36,977 nt of DNA from positions 1-36,977 of the forward strand of contig JBBQRQ010000049.1 in assembly GCA_038214755.1 (NCBI GenBank), given 5' to 3'. The notes under the pieces are model-generated. The model saw nothing but the letters and a program-made list of their open reading frames with translations, ran no database searches and was not told the DNA's origin. A program made the position numbers and the translations under genes. Numbering within the stretch: position 1 is the stretch's first letter; every line of letters starts with the position of its first letter. Of the stretch, positions 17,233-25,772 are shown one piece after another. The DNA is from Verrucomicrobiota bacterium (GTDB taxonomy: Bacteria; Verrucomicrobiota; Verrucomicrobiia; Limisphaerales; CANJXF01).

Positions 17233-17544
17233 TTATTTATTCTCCCTGGTTTGCTGGACGATTTGTTCCAGCAAATTGATATAATCCGCGAAGGCTTTTT
17301 TCCCCTGCCTGGTCAAGGAGCAAGTGGTCAGCGGGCGATTGTTTTGAAACGCTTTCGCGATGGAAACGTAACCCTCTTGCTGGAGCGTGCGAAGGTGGGT
17401 GGTCAGGTTGCCGTCCGTCATCGCCAGCGCATCGCGCAAATCCGTAAAGGCGACTTCGGGCGTGGCGGCCAGCAACGACATAATGGCGAGCCGCCCTTTT
17501 TCGTGAATCACGCGGTCGAGCTGCAAGAAGGTTTCTGGATTCAC
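17233..17544 (-). CDS. Winged-helix transcriptional regulator (MarR/ArsR-like, HTH_34 type)
   Basis: LDRVIHEKGRLAIMSLL, FTDLRDALAMTDGNLTTHLRTL and LTRQGKKAF. GTG start overlaps the upstream stop (GTGA). Confidence 0.92.
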   Translation of the reverse strand: MNPETFLQLDRVIHEKGRLAIMSLLAATPEVAFTDLRDALAMTDGNLTTHLRTLQQEGYVSIAKAFQNNRPLTTCSLTRQGKKAFADYINLLEQIVQQTRENK

Positions 17545-18176
17545 GCGGCAATGGTTTTCTTCTCGGTGAAATAAAGATAAACGCCGTAGGCAAAGTGCAG
17601 CCCGCCAAACACCGCCGCCATGCAAAGATGTCCTTGCGCCAGGACCGGTTTGTTCGCAAAAAATCCCTCGGCCAGCAGTGAAACCATGCCGCAGAAAATA
17701 AAAATCCAACCGAGCAAGCGAATTCCTCGCGCCATGAAAAATCCCGCGGAATGAAGCGCGCAACCGTAGAGGATCATCCAAATCGCAGGCAACGCCGAGG
17801 GTGGCAAAGGCCCGAGGGATTTTTCCTTCGTTGAAACCAAAGTGAAGATGGCCAAAAGCAAACCGACTACTAACGGCGGCGCCAGCGCGAGAGCGACGCG
17901 ACGTGTTGGCGGGGACCAAAATGGCTCTTTATCTTTCAAGGCCTGCCGGCGAACCAGCAAAAATGAAATCACCAGGGCGGCAGCGCTGGTCAGGAGCCAA
18001 AACAGAACAAAATTTTGAACGGAATCCAGTTTAAAAAAATAACCGGCCAGCCCCGCCGCCGAACCGATGACGCCGGCGGTCAACATGATCGGGGCCAGCG
18101 CTCGCCGGTAAAGCGCGGACCGTTCCATCAAAGTACGAATCACTTGGAGATTCTCCGCCGCCCAGTTGGATTGCAT
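17541..18176 (-). CDS. Hypothetical integral membrane protein (about 6 TM)
   Basis: AAENLQVIRTLMERS N-terminal helix, hydrophobic segments and FGGLHFAYG; translationally coupled to the regulator. Confidence 0.85.
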   Translation of the reverse strand: MQSNWAAENLQVIRTLMERSALYRRALAPIMLTAGVIGSAAGLAGYFFKLDSVQNFVLFWLLTSAAALVISFLLVRRQALKDKEPFWSPPTRRVALALAPPLVVGLLLAIFTLVSTKEKSLGPLPPSALPAIWMILYGCALHSAGFFMARGIRLLGWIFIFCGMVSLLAEGFFANKPVLAQGHLCMAAVFGGLHFAYGVYLYFTEKKTIAA

Positions 18177-18182
18177 GCGTTG

Positions 18183-18199
18183 ACTTTGTATTACAAAGT
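18183..18199. promoter_or_regulatory. Putative operator ACTTTG-N5-CAAAGT upstream of the membrane protein/regulator operon
   Basis: ACTTTGTA-T-TACAAAGT, perfect 8-bp arms, 6 bp from the ATG. Confidence 0.75.
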
Positions 18200-18259
18200 A
18201 AGTCGGGTCAAGCCGAAACCGTTTGCCCCCGATTGGGCGAATCTGGGGAAGACCACAAC

Positions 18260-18337
18260 GTAGCGCAGTGCGTCTCGCCTGCGCCGTCAGCGGCTTTGCT
18301 CCCCTTCACCCTGCGCACGCGAGACGCGCTGCGCTAT
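18260..18337. repeat. GTAG REP-like inverted pair
   Basis: GTAGCGCAGTGCGTCTCGCCTGCGC ... GCGCACGCGAGACGCGCTGCGCTA. Confidence 0.75.
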
Positions 18338-18478
18338 CTTGGGCCGTCTCTGTTCCGCTGGGTGTAATTTCAAGATGCTTCCCGTCGATTCTCCACGCCA
18401 TCGCTCGCGCTCAAATCCAATTTGCCGCCGGGGTTTTCGCAGTTGGTCTCCGGGCGCATCTCGACACAACCACCAAAG

Positions 18479-18571
18479 TAGTGGGGCAGACATCTTGTCT
18501 GCCATTGGGGCTTCCAGCCCCAGGATTCGCGGCCCAGATGCCCGCTCAGACAGGCTGGAGCCTACCCCACT
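18479..18571. repeat. Third, inverted and degenerate copy of the GTGGGGCAGACATC REPIN
   Basis: TAGTGGGGCAGACATCTTGTCTGCCATTGGGGCTTCCAGCCC matches the reverse complement of the 10953/11117 units. Confidence 0.8.
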
Positions 18572-18686
18572 CCATCTGATTGGATTGGTTGTCGTGGGCA
18601 AGATGCGCCCTTGGTTTCGCTCGTTTGGAAAATTAACTTGCCCACCGTTTCAGGCGGTGCGAATAACTTTGTTGCGTTAGTCACGA

Positions 18687-18774
18687 GGAGAGATGGCTGA
18701 GTGGTTTAAGGCACACGCCTGGAAAGCGTGCGTAGGTAACACTACCGGGGGTTCGAATCCCTCTCTCTCCGCCA
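18687..18774 (+). tRNA. tRNA-Ser(GGA)
   Basis: Acceptor stem GGAGAGA/TCTCTCC-G-CCA, anticodon arm CACGC-CTGGAAA-GCGTG, long variable arm and GGTTCGAATCC T-loop. Confidence 0.97.
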
Positions 18775-18830
18775 GTGGCAAAAACTTCTTCCCGCTTGCG
18801 CAATCTTTTGACCTGCTTATCCTGTCAACC

Positions 18831-19910
18831 ATGAGTTCCAGTTCCATTGACGTGAACATTCACCCGCATGTTTCCGAATTCGGCCGGCGGATTTTACAGG
18901 GCGGCCATCTTTCCCGCGCCGAAGCCAAATCGCTTTTCGAAATCGAAAACACCGCGGACATCTTCGACCTGCTCTCATGGGCCAACCGCATCCGCGAACA
19001 TTTCAAAGGTAACAAAATTCATCTTTGCTCGATTGTGAATGCCAAAGCCGGCGCGTGCTCGGAGAATTGCAGCTTTTGCGCGCAATCGTCTTTTTATCAA
19101 ACCGGTTCGCCAAAATACGGCTTCGTCGATCCCGAGCCGGTGTTCGAAGCCGCTGACGAAGCAAATAAAAATTTCGTCACCGCTGTCGGTCTCGTCGCCG
19201 CGTGGAAAGGTCTGAACGAAGGTCCGATGCTCGAGGAGGTTTGCGACCGAATCCGCGAATTGAAAGCCGGCGGCAAGGCGCGACCCGACGCGTCGCTCGG
19301 CCTGATCAAATCACAGAAAGTCGCCGACCGATTGAAGGAAGCCGGCCTCGAATGTTATGGTCACAACCTCGAAAGCTCGCGCCGCTTTTTCCCGAACACC
19401 TGTACTACCCACTCCTACGATGACCGCGTCGAGACCATCGGTTATTTGAAAAAAGCCGGCCTCAAGATTTGTTCCGGCGGCATCATCGGGATGGGCGAGA
19501 CGCGCGAAGACCGCTGCGACCTCGCGTTCTCGTTGAAGGAACTCGGCGCGAACATCGTGCCCATTAATATTCTCAATCCCATTCCCGGCACGCCGTTTGA
19601 AAAAAATCCGCCGCTGCCGCCAATGGAAATTTTGAAAACGATCGCCTGCTTCCGTTTCATTCTGCCGCGGCAGGAAATCATGATTGCCGGCGGACGCACC
19701 GTAAACCTGCGCGACATGCAAAGCATGGTCTTCATGGCCGGCGCGAGCGCGCTGATGGTGGGAAATTATCTGACGACGCTCAATCAACCCGTCGAAAAAG
19801 ATTTGCAGATGCTGAAAGACCTCGGCCTCGATCCAAGTTGGGACAAGCATGGGTTTAGCGATCAGGAAGAAAACGGCGCCATTTGCAGTGTTGGTCAACT
19901 CTTGCTTTGA
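18831..19910 (+). CDS. bioB: Biotin synthase (radical SAM)
   Basis: NAKAGACSENCSFCAQS (CxxxCxxC), HNLE, ICSGGIIGMGE, VPIN.L.PIPGTP and GNYLTT. Start at ATG 18831, downstream of the tRNA. Confidence 0.95.
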   Translation: MSSSSIDVNIHPHVSEFGRRILQGGHLSRAEAKSLFEIENTADIFDLLSWANRIREHFKGNKIHLCSIVNAKAGACSENCSFCAQSSFYQTGSPKYGFVDPEPVFEAADEANKNFVTAVGLVAAWKGLNEGPMLEEVCDRIRELKAGGKARPDASLGLIKSQKVADRLKEAGLECYGHNLESSRRFFPNTCTTHSYDDRVETIGYLKKAGLKICSGGIIGMGETREDRCDLAFSLKELGANIVPINILNPIPGTPFEKNPPLPPMEILKTIACFRFILPRQEIMIAGGRTVNLRDMQSMVFMAGASALMVGNYLTTLNQPVEKDLQMLKDLGLDPSWDKHGFSDQEENGAICSVGQLLL

Positions 19911-19919
19911 CGCCGTTCG

Positions 19920-19948
19920 TTGACACTCGTTTTTGCAAACCTTACCCT
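19920..19948 (+). promoter_or_regulatory. Sigma70-like promoter
   Basis: TTGACA-N17-TACCCT, 10 bp before ATG 19959. Confidence 0.65.
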
Positions 19949-19958
19949 GCGGTTCAGT

Positions 19959-20837
19959 ATGAAATTGTTGCAGGATTCACTCGTCGAATTAATTCGGCGC
20001 ACCTCGGCCGAAATTCCCGATGATGTTCACAAGGCGATTGTGCAATCGCTGGAAAACGAAAAAAAAGGAACGATCGCCGAGTCGGCGATGAAAATTATTG
20101 AGCGCAACATTGAACTCGCCAAACAGAAGTCGCAGCCGATTTGCCAGGACACCGGCAGCATTATTTTTTACGTCAATGGCCCGATTGGTTTTGATCAAAT
20201 CGCGTTTGAAGAAGCGGCGAAAGAAGCGGTTCGCCTCGCGACGAAAAAAGGTTTTTTGCGGCAGAATTCTGTCGATTCATTGACCGGAAAAAATGATGGA
20301 ACCAATGTGGGAACCGGATCGCCCGCGATTCATTTTCATCAACATCGCTCGCCGGAAATCAGCGTTAAATTGATCCTCAAAGGCGGCGGCTGCGAAAATG
20401 TCGGCGCGCAATATTCGTTGCCAAATGAAAAGCTCAACGCCAATCGCGACCTGGATGGCTGTCGCAAAGTGATTCTCGACGCGGTGTTGCAAGCCCAGGG
20501 CAAAGGTTGTGGGCCGGGAATTTTAGGAGTCTGCATCGGCGGAGATCGCGCGACCGGCTACGAATTTTCCAAGCAACAATTTCTGCGCGAAATTCCAGAT
20601 CGAAATTCCACCGCCGAACTGGATGGGCTTGAGCAAGACATTTTAAAAACGGCAAACGAACTCGGCATCGGCCCGATGGGTTTCGGCGGCAAGACGACGT
20701 TGTTGGGCGTAAAAATCTGCGCGGCGAACCGTTTGCCCGCGTCGTTTTTTGTCAGCGTCAGCTACATGTGCTGGGCGTATCGGCGGCAGGGAGTGACGCT
20801 GGACGCGGAGGGGGAGATTGGGAAATGGCTTTACTGA
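19959..20837 (+). CDS. Fe-S hydro-lyase, fumarate/tartrate family, alpha subunit (split class I fumarase)
   Basis: PICQDTG, LKGGGCEN, GKGCGPG, ELGIGPMGFGGKTT and SYMCWAYRR; about 292 aa, alpha domain only. Confidence 0.92.
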   Translation: MKLLQDSLVELIRRTSAEIPDDVHKAIVQSLENEKKGTIAESAMKIIERNIELAKQKSQPICQDTGSIIFYVNGPIGFDQIAFEEAAKEAVRLATKKGFLRQNSVDSLTGKNDGTNVGTGSPAIHFHQHRSPEISVKLILKGGGCENVGAQYSLPNEKLNANRDLDGCRKVILDAVLQAQGKGCGPGILGVCIGGDRATGYEFSKQQFLREIPDRNSTAELDGLEQDILKTANELGIGPMGFGGKTTLLGVKICAANRLPASFFVSVSYMCWAYRRQGVTLDAEGEIGKWLY

Positions 20838-20966
20838 ATCTTAGATTTGAGTGAAGCCCACGCTTTAGATCGAAACAACATTCCCCAAGTTTTCTGACCG
20901 GACTGGCTTCATGAAGCGCTTCTTCAATTCCAAATTAAACCTGACCAACTCTTCTTATCTAATAAC

Positions 20967-21092
20967 CAACATCCAACATCGAACATCCAACATCGAACAT
21001 CCAACATCGAACATCCAACATCCAACATCGAACATCGAACATCGAACATCCAACATCGAACATCCAACATCGAACATCCAACATCGAACATT
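20967..21092. repeat. Heptamer tandem array (C/G)AACATC x18
   Basis: 18 consecutive units differing only at position 1, with the last unit GAACATT. Confidence 0.97.
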
Positions 21093-21132
21093 CGCACCCG
21101 CCGGAGGCAGATGCTACCCGCAAACGTCCGCT

Positions 21133-23022
21133 TTATCTGGAAGCTGAAGATCGCGCGCTGGTGCGGCGGGCGTGGAAGCGGCTGATCCCTTCCATGGCTA
21201 TCGAAATGTATCTCGGTGGTATCGGTGTCGAGATCGGACGGTACTCTTCATCGAAACTTTCGGTATATCCAACGTCATACATCACATCAATTCGTCCCGG
21301 ACTACAAATAGCGAAACGGTCCCATGTCGCCGCCACCAACGGAATCCGAGGTTGTGGATCGAACAAGGAGTAACCCAGGGAATAGTTGGTAGTATCCGTC
21401 GCGCAGTTGAGCACAAGGCTTAGTAAGGCAGGAGCTACATCCAGGTGGCTTGTCGCATGAGAGATGGTTGCAGGTTCCTTACCCGGCCAATGCACGATCA
21501 ACGGCACGCGCGTTTGATACCGGCTAAAGTTATTGTTATGCCCCCAATAATTCTGGCCGCTCTCATTGAACTCTTCTCCGTGGTCGCCTGTTATCATCAC
21601 TACCGTATTTTCGAGAAGCGACTCTTGTTCGAGCCGTTTCAATATATCCACCACCAGTGAATCGGTATAGTGAACCGCATTGAGAAACCGGTTTCGTATC
21701 AGGACAGGATCATGATGCTTGTTGAGTTTAAGGTGGTCCACCCTCGCCGCCGCAGGTTGGAAGGGAGCCGGCGCTTCTTTCGGATACGCAAAGGCGTGGG
21801 GAGAATCATAAAAAACAAAAGCGAAGAAAGGTTGGTCTCGTTGTCTCTTATCGAGGAAGTTGACCATCTCGCGGGTAATTATCTGATCGCGTTGAGGAGC
21901 ATTGTCTCCAGGTGTTTTCAAAGCGACACGATCCTTGATTTCGGAAAAAACCGTTCGATCGAATTCCGGACTGGTCAGAGCCGCGCTGGCAAAGATACCG
22001 AACTGATAATGCGCGGCATCGAACTCATGGATCAACACCGGCCCCCGCCGTTCGCCCAGCATCGCATGCCAGTAGGTGCCGTATAGTCCGTAGAAAAGAG
22101 AGAAGATGCCGAACCGCGTGGTATTGGCCGCAGCCGAGTGATGGTCAAAACGGAGGTTATGCTGGCTGAATTCCCACAGGTTAGGCGTTACTTTCCCGTT
22201 GAGCATATCGAACCTCCAGCAATCAATGACAATGACCATCACATTGAGGGGCCGCGCGGGAGGCTGGCATACTACGGGCACGAGTGGATACTTCAACGCG
22301 GTCTTACTTGGCTTGAACTTAAGAGAAGAATAGTTGACCTCTTGGATCCAACCATGTCGGAGTAGAAACTTCCTGGCGGTCAATGGGCGGCACCCCGGAA
22401 ATAGCCCGGCTATTTTAGTGATAGGAACATAGTGAACGGCGTCGGCCCAGATGTACATTAGCTGGAAGGCTACCACTACAGTTACGATTGCTATCGCGAC
22501 AATGCTACCTCGACGAGTAATTGCTTTCGTCCACTTCCAAATCACCCAGGCCAGACCACTTTCCAGCAGCATCGCGCCCACCACAATTGCCCCGGCAATG
22601 ATAAAGGTATTCGTGGAGAGAGGGAGGATTTCGCCCAGGTTCCCATTACGAATCAGACTCCACACCATCCCATTGAAGTGAAAGCGGTATAAAGCGAAAA
22701 CGAGTGAGTCGCTGACCAGGATTACGAGTAACAGCCCGGTGAGCAGCACTCCGACAATAAAGAGAGTTGTTCGGTTCGGGAAAAGTAACACTAACAGCGA
22801 CAGCATCAGAAAGGGTATCATGGCCACCATGCTAAAGTGACCGAGCGAAGCCAAAAACAAAAACAACCTCGCCAATGGTTCGTCGGGAAAACCCATTACG
22901 GTGACATACCGCCAACCTACCATCATCATCAAAAAGGTGTTGGCGAAACAGAGCCATGCGGCCCAGCGCAATAACCGGCCCCGTGAATTCTGGCGAGGGC
23001 TGACAAACAGGTCGGTCTTCAT
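21133..23022 (-). CDS. YejM/PbgA(LapC)-like membrane protein (DUF3413 + sulfatase-fold domain)
   Basis: Five N-terminal TM segments, GHFS, YRFHFNGMVW, PLTARKFL, LKYPL, IFSLFYGL, ITGDHGEEFNE.GQNYWGH, TRVPLIVHWPG and TSHLD. Confidence 0.88.
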   Translation of the reverse strand: MKTDLFVSPRQNSRGRLLRWAAWLCFANTFLMMMVGWRYVTVMGFPDEPLARLFLFLASLGHFSMVAMIPFLMLSLLVLLFPNRTTLFIVGVLLTGLLLVILVSDSLVFALYRFHFNGMVWSLIRNGNLGEILPLSTNTFIIAGAIVVGAMLLESGLAWVIWKWTKAITRRGSIVAIAIVTVVVAFQLMYIWADAVHYVPITKIAGLFPGCRPLTARKFLLRHGWIQEVNYSSLKFKPSKTALKYPLVPVVCQPPARPLNVMVIVIDCWRFDMLNGKVTPNLWEFSQHNLRFDHHSAAANTTRFGIFSLFYGLYGTYWHAMLGERRGPVLIHEFDAAHYQFGIFASAALTSPEFDRTVFSEIKDRVALKTPGDNAPQRDQIITREMVNFLDKRQRDQPFFAFVFYDSPHAFAYPKEAPAPFQPAAARVDHLKLNKHHDPVLIRNRFLNAVHYTDSLVVDILKRLEQESLLENTVVMITGDHGEEFNESGQNYWGHNNNFSRYQTRVPLIVHWPGKEPATISHATSHLDVAPALLSLVLNCATDTTNYSLGYSLFDPQPRIPLVAATWDRFAICSPGRIDVMYDVGYTESFDEEYRPISTPIPPRYISIAMEGISRFHARRTSARSSASR

Positions 23023-23212
23023 GTCACAGTTTTCAAAGAAATGGTGATGGAATAATTGGTAACCAGGTTTAGCGGCGATACAAGATGCGGGTTAGTCAAA
23101 GAGGTTCCGTTTCACCCCATGCATTTATGTTTACCTTTTCTTTCTCTCGGCCTCCGTGAACAATTGCGCTGAACCAAATCTACATTTCAAGACTTATCTG
23201 GTTTGCGGAAGA

Positions 23213-23470
23213 GCCTGTTTGAAAACGGGCAATCTTCGTAGCCGCCGAGGTGCGGAGGAGGACTTGCGCGAAATTCAACCCAGCCTTTCGCCTCTCCATG
23301 AACCTCAAGGTAGGGCGCGGCACTCCGTGCGCGCCGCAGTGTGTTTGGCGTCACCCCGGCGCGCACGGAGTGACGCGCCCTACCAACGCTGGCCGGTTCA
23401 TAGGGCCGATGCCCCAAACTTTCCGTTGCTGGGGTACTCCTCACGTCGGCGGCTACAGCTTCAGACAGGC
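23213..23470. repeat. Nested REP/MITE-like inverted repeats (four layers)
   Basis: GCCTGTTTGAA/TTCAGACAGGC (23213/23470); GTAGCCGCCGA.. 23238 / ..TCGGCGGCTAC 23456; CCATGAACC 23296 / GGTTCATAG 23395; GGTAGGGCGCG.. 23309-23336 / 23357-23384. Confidence 0.85.
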
Positions 23471-23505
23471 GTTCAGCCATATAACCGTCCAGTCAGATGG
23501 TTGCT

Positions 23506-23688
23506 CGCCCTCACCCTAATCCTCTCCCCCAAGGAGCGAGAACAGTTCTTCGTGTCGCTCGAAAAATCTTTTGTCTCCACTGCAATCGCGGCCTTCTGGT
23601 CATTCGCAGAAAAAAGGGCGGAACAACTCAACGCGTCCGCCCTACCCAAAGCGCGGCGAATGATCTCCCTCTCCTGGGTGTGAGGGCG
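23506..23688. repeat. CCCTCACCC..CTCTCCC family inverted pair
   Basis: CGCCCTCACCCTAATCCTCTCCCCCAAGGAG ... CTCCCTCTCCTGGGTGTGAGGGCG; same family as 3474/3859-3894. Confidence 0.75.
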
Positions 23689-23863
23689 GGCGTTTCGTTT
23701 CGCTGAACAATCACGGTTGAACAGAAGATGGCGAAGAATCGTTTTCCTTCCTCCATTCTCCATTTCTGTCCTCGATTCTCAACCGGAAGGCTTGACTCCA
23801 AATTTTTATTCCCTACAATTTTGCCTTCCATGTTCTGTCGGAAAGTTATTCGGCAGGACAAGC

Positions 23864-25162
23864 GTGACACGTTTGAAATTTAAACAGACTAAACAGTTTG
23901 CCTCCCGTTTGATCGCTGGAACTCTTCTGGTGTTGAGTAGCGCGTCGGCATTGGCGCAGGAGGCCGTCACTCCAGGTTCAGTGGAGGTATCGAGCGAATG
24001 GTTGCATTGGAAGATGTTTAACGTTCATCCCCGACTGGCGACTGGCCTGACGTATGATGACAACATTACTTTGCAGCACACCAATGCTCTTTCGGATGTG
24101 ATCTACAATTTAACTCCTGGCGTTTCGGTGGTGGGAGGCGATCCATTGGCCGGGGACAAATTGTTGACCCTGGATTACCTGGCGAACATCCAATTTTTTT
24201 TGGAACATAAAGAGTTCGACGCGGTGGATCACGTGGCAAAAATTTCCGGGCTGTTGCCTTTCGCGAAGTTGACGCTGGGAGGTAGTGCTATTTACGAGAA
24301 AGTAAGGACACCGGATGTTGTGCTGGGTCTTCGTGTGCAACGCACAGGTTATGGCATCGGGCTGACTGCGCGCTACGATCTAAGTCCCAAGACGTCGCTG
24401 GAAGAGAATTTTACCTATCGCAAGACCGAGTATGCCGAAAAGGGGTTGATCGGTTCGCGGGAATTTTTCAATGACAATTGGATCAACCACCAGATCTCAT
24501 CCAAAGTTAATCTGGGACTGGGAATCACCCTCGGTAAACTGGATCAGGACTTTGGCCCGGCCCAGACCTACGAACGTCTTCTTCTGCGAGCGGTTTATAC
24601 TTTGACCTACAAACTCGATTTAACCGCGTCGGCGGGTGGCGAATGGCGGCAATACCGGAGTTTCGATCAGGTCGTCGGCAGACTCGTCATTATTTCCGGC
24701 CCTCCCACCAACTCTATGACCAATACCGTCCCAATTGTAGCGCACGAAAAAGCATCATCCAGCTTCGCGCCGGTGTTTAATATTGGCGCGATTTTCCGGC
24801 CAAGAGAAGGGACGACGATCAATCTGGAGGCGCATCGGAGCGATCAAAATTCGCCGACGCTGGCGGGCTACAATTATACCTTGACGGGATTTTCGGTGGG
24901 GGTGCGGCAAAAATTTCTGCAACGTTTTTCCGCAAATTTTGGTGGTAGTTACGGAAATGCCAGCTATCATGCCGCCTCGAAAAATCGGGGCTTAACTCGT
25001 GAGGATAGTTATTATGCGGTGAATGCCGGTGTGGATGCGCTGATTACAAAACGCTGGGTGGCGGGAATCTCCGCCCTTCATCGCAGCGGCAATTCCAGCG
25101 ATTCGAGCGGAACTATTTTCGATAACAATCAGGTCACAGTGCAAACGACTTACAGTTTTTAA
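23864..25162 (+). CDS. Outer-membrane beta-barrel protein associated with EPS export
   Basis: Signal peptide ending ASALA-Q, YDDNI motif, amphipathic beta-strands and C-terminal TYSF; directly upstream of wza-wzc. Start (GTG 23864 or TTG 23873) inferred. Confidence 0.85.
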   Translation: MTRLKFKQTKQFASRLIAGTLLVLSSASALAQEAVTPGSVEVSSEWLHWKMFNVHPRLATGLTYDDNITLQHTNALSDVIYNLTPGVSVVGGDPLAGDKLLTLDYLANIQFFLEHKEFDAVDHVAKISGLLPFAKLTLGGSAIYEKVRTPDVVLGLRVQRTGYGIGLTARYDLSPKTSLEENFTYRKTEYAEKGLIGSREFFNDNWINHQISSKVNLGLGITLGKLDQDFGPAQTYERLLLRAVYTLTYKLDLTASAGGEWRQYRSFDQVVGRLVIISGPPTNSMTNTVPIVAHEKASSSFAPVFNIGAIFRPREGTTINLEAHRSDQNSPTLAGYNYTLTGFSVGVRQKFLQRFSANFGGSYGNASYHAASKNRGLTREDSYYAVNAGVDALITKRWVAGISALHRSGNSSDSSGTIFDNNQVTVQTTYSF

Positions 25163-25168
25163 AAAAAT

Positions 25169-25771
25169 ATGATGCGAAAAATCTTATATGGTTTGTGGGT
25201 CGTGATGTGGTTGGTCAACTTTTCTTACGGCCAATCTCCGCGCTCGACCAATGCCGTGGTCAGAGAGGAACGGGTTTACCTTTTGTCACCGAATGATGTG
25301 ATCGAAGTGAAAGTTTATCAGGAAGAGGATCTCGTCACAAAAGGCCGCGTGGCGAAAGACGGAACACTGACCCTGCCATTAGTCGGCGTGGTTAAAGTGG
25401 GAGGCAAAAGCGTGGGACAGGCGGCAGCGTTTATCCAGGACCTTTATGGAAAAGATTACCTGGTCCACCCGCAAGTGGGCGTCACTATTTTGGATTATGC
25501 GAAGCGCAATTTTACCGTTCTTGGCCAGGTGCAGCGTCCCGGTTCCTACGAAATTCCGAACGAGCAATCGATCGATTTGCTGCGCGCGATTGGGATAGCC
25601 GGAGGTTACACTCGCATTGGCAATCCATCGAATATCATCGTGCAACGAGAAGTGAATGGTAAAAAAGATATTTTCAAACTCGATGCCAAGGCGATGGCCA
25701 ACGACAAAAAAGCCAAGCCTTTTGAAATCCTGCCCGAGGACACGGTGACCGTCGGCGAAAAATTCCTTTGA
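25169..25771 (+). CDS. wza: Polysaccharide export protein (short OPX/Wza: Poly_export + SLBB)
   Basis: YLLSPNDVIEVKVYQEEDL, DGTLTLPLVG.V.VGG, VLGQVQRPG.Y, AIGIAGGYT and ILPEDTVTV. Confidence 0.88.
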   Translation: MMRKILYGLWVVMWLVNFSYGQSPRSTNAVVREERVYLLSPNDVIEVKVYQEEDLVTKGRVAKDGTLTLPLVGVVKVGGKSVGQAAAFIQDLYGKDYLVHPQVGVTILDYAKRNFTVLGQVQRPGSYEIPNEQSIDLLRAIGIAGGYTRIGNPSNIIVQREVNGKKDIFKLDAKAMANDKKAKPFEILPEDTVTVGEKFL

Positions 25772-25772
25772 T

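Noticed and set aside
18687..18774. tRNA-anchored genomic island
   Set aside because: No integrase, no duplicated tRNA 3' end seen, and bioB follows directly.
18693..18830. N-terminal extension of BioB in the ORF track
   Set aside because: It overlaps the tRNA; ATG 18831 is the plausible start.
20967..21092. Possible CRISPR array
   Set aside because: 7-bp units with no unique spacers, and no cas genes in the window.
20911..21147. 78-aa ORF with NIQHRTSNIEHPTS repeats
   Set aside because: It is a translation of the heptamer array, with no independent coding evidence.
23156..23863. Several short ORFs and the extension of the beta-barrel ORF
   Set aside because: They lie over nested repeats and show no protein-family motifs.
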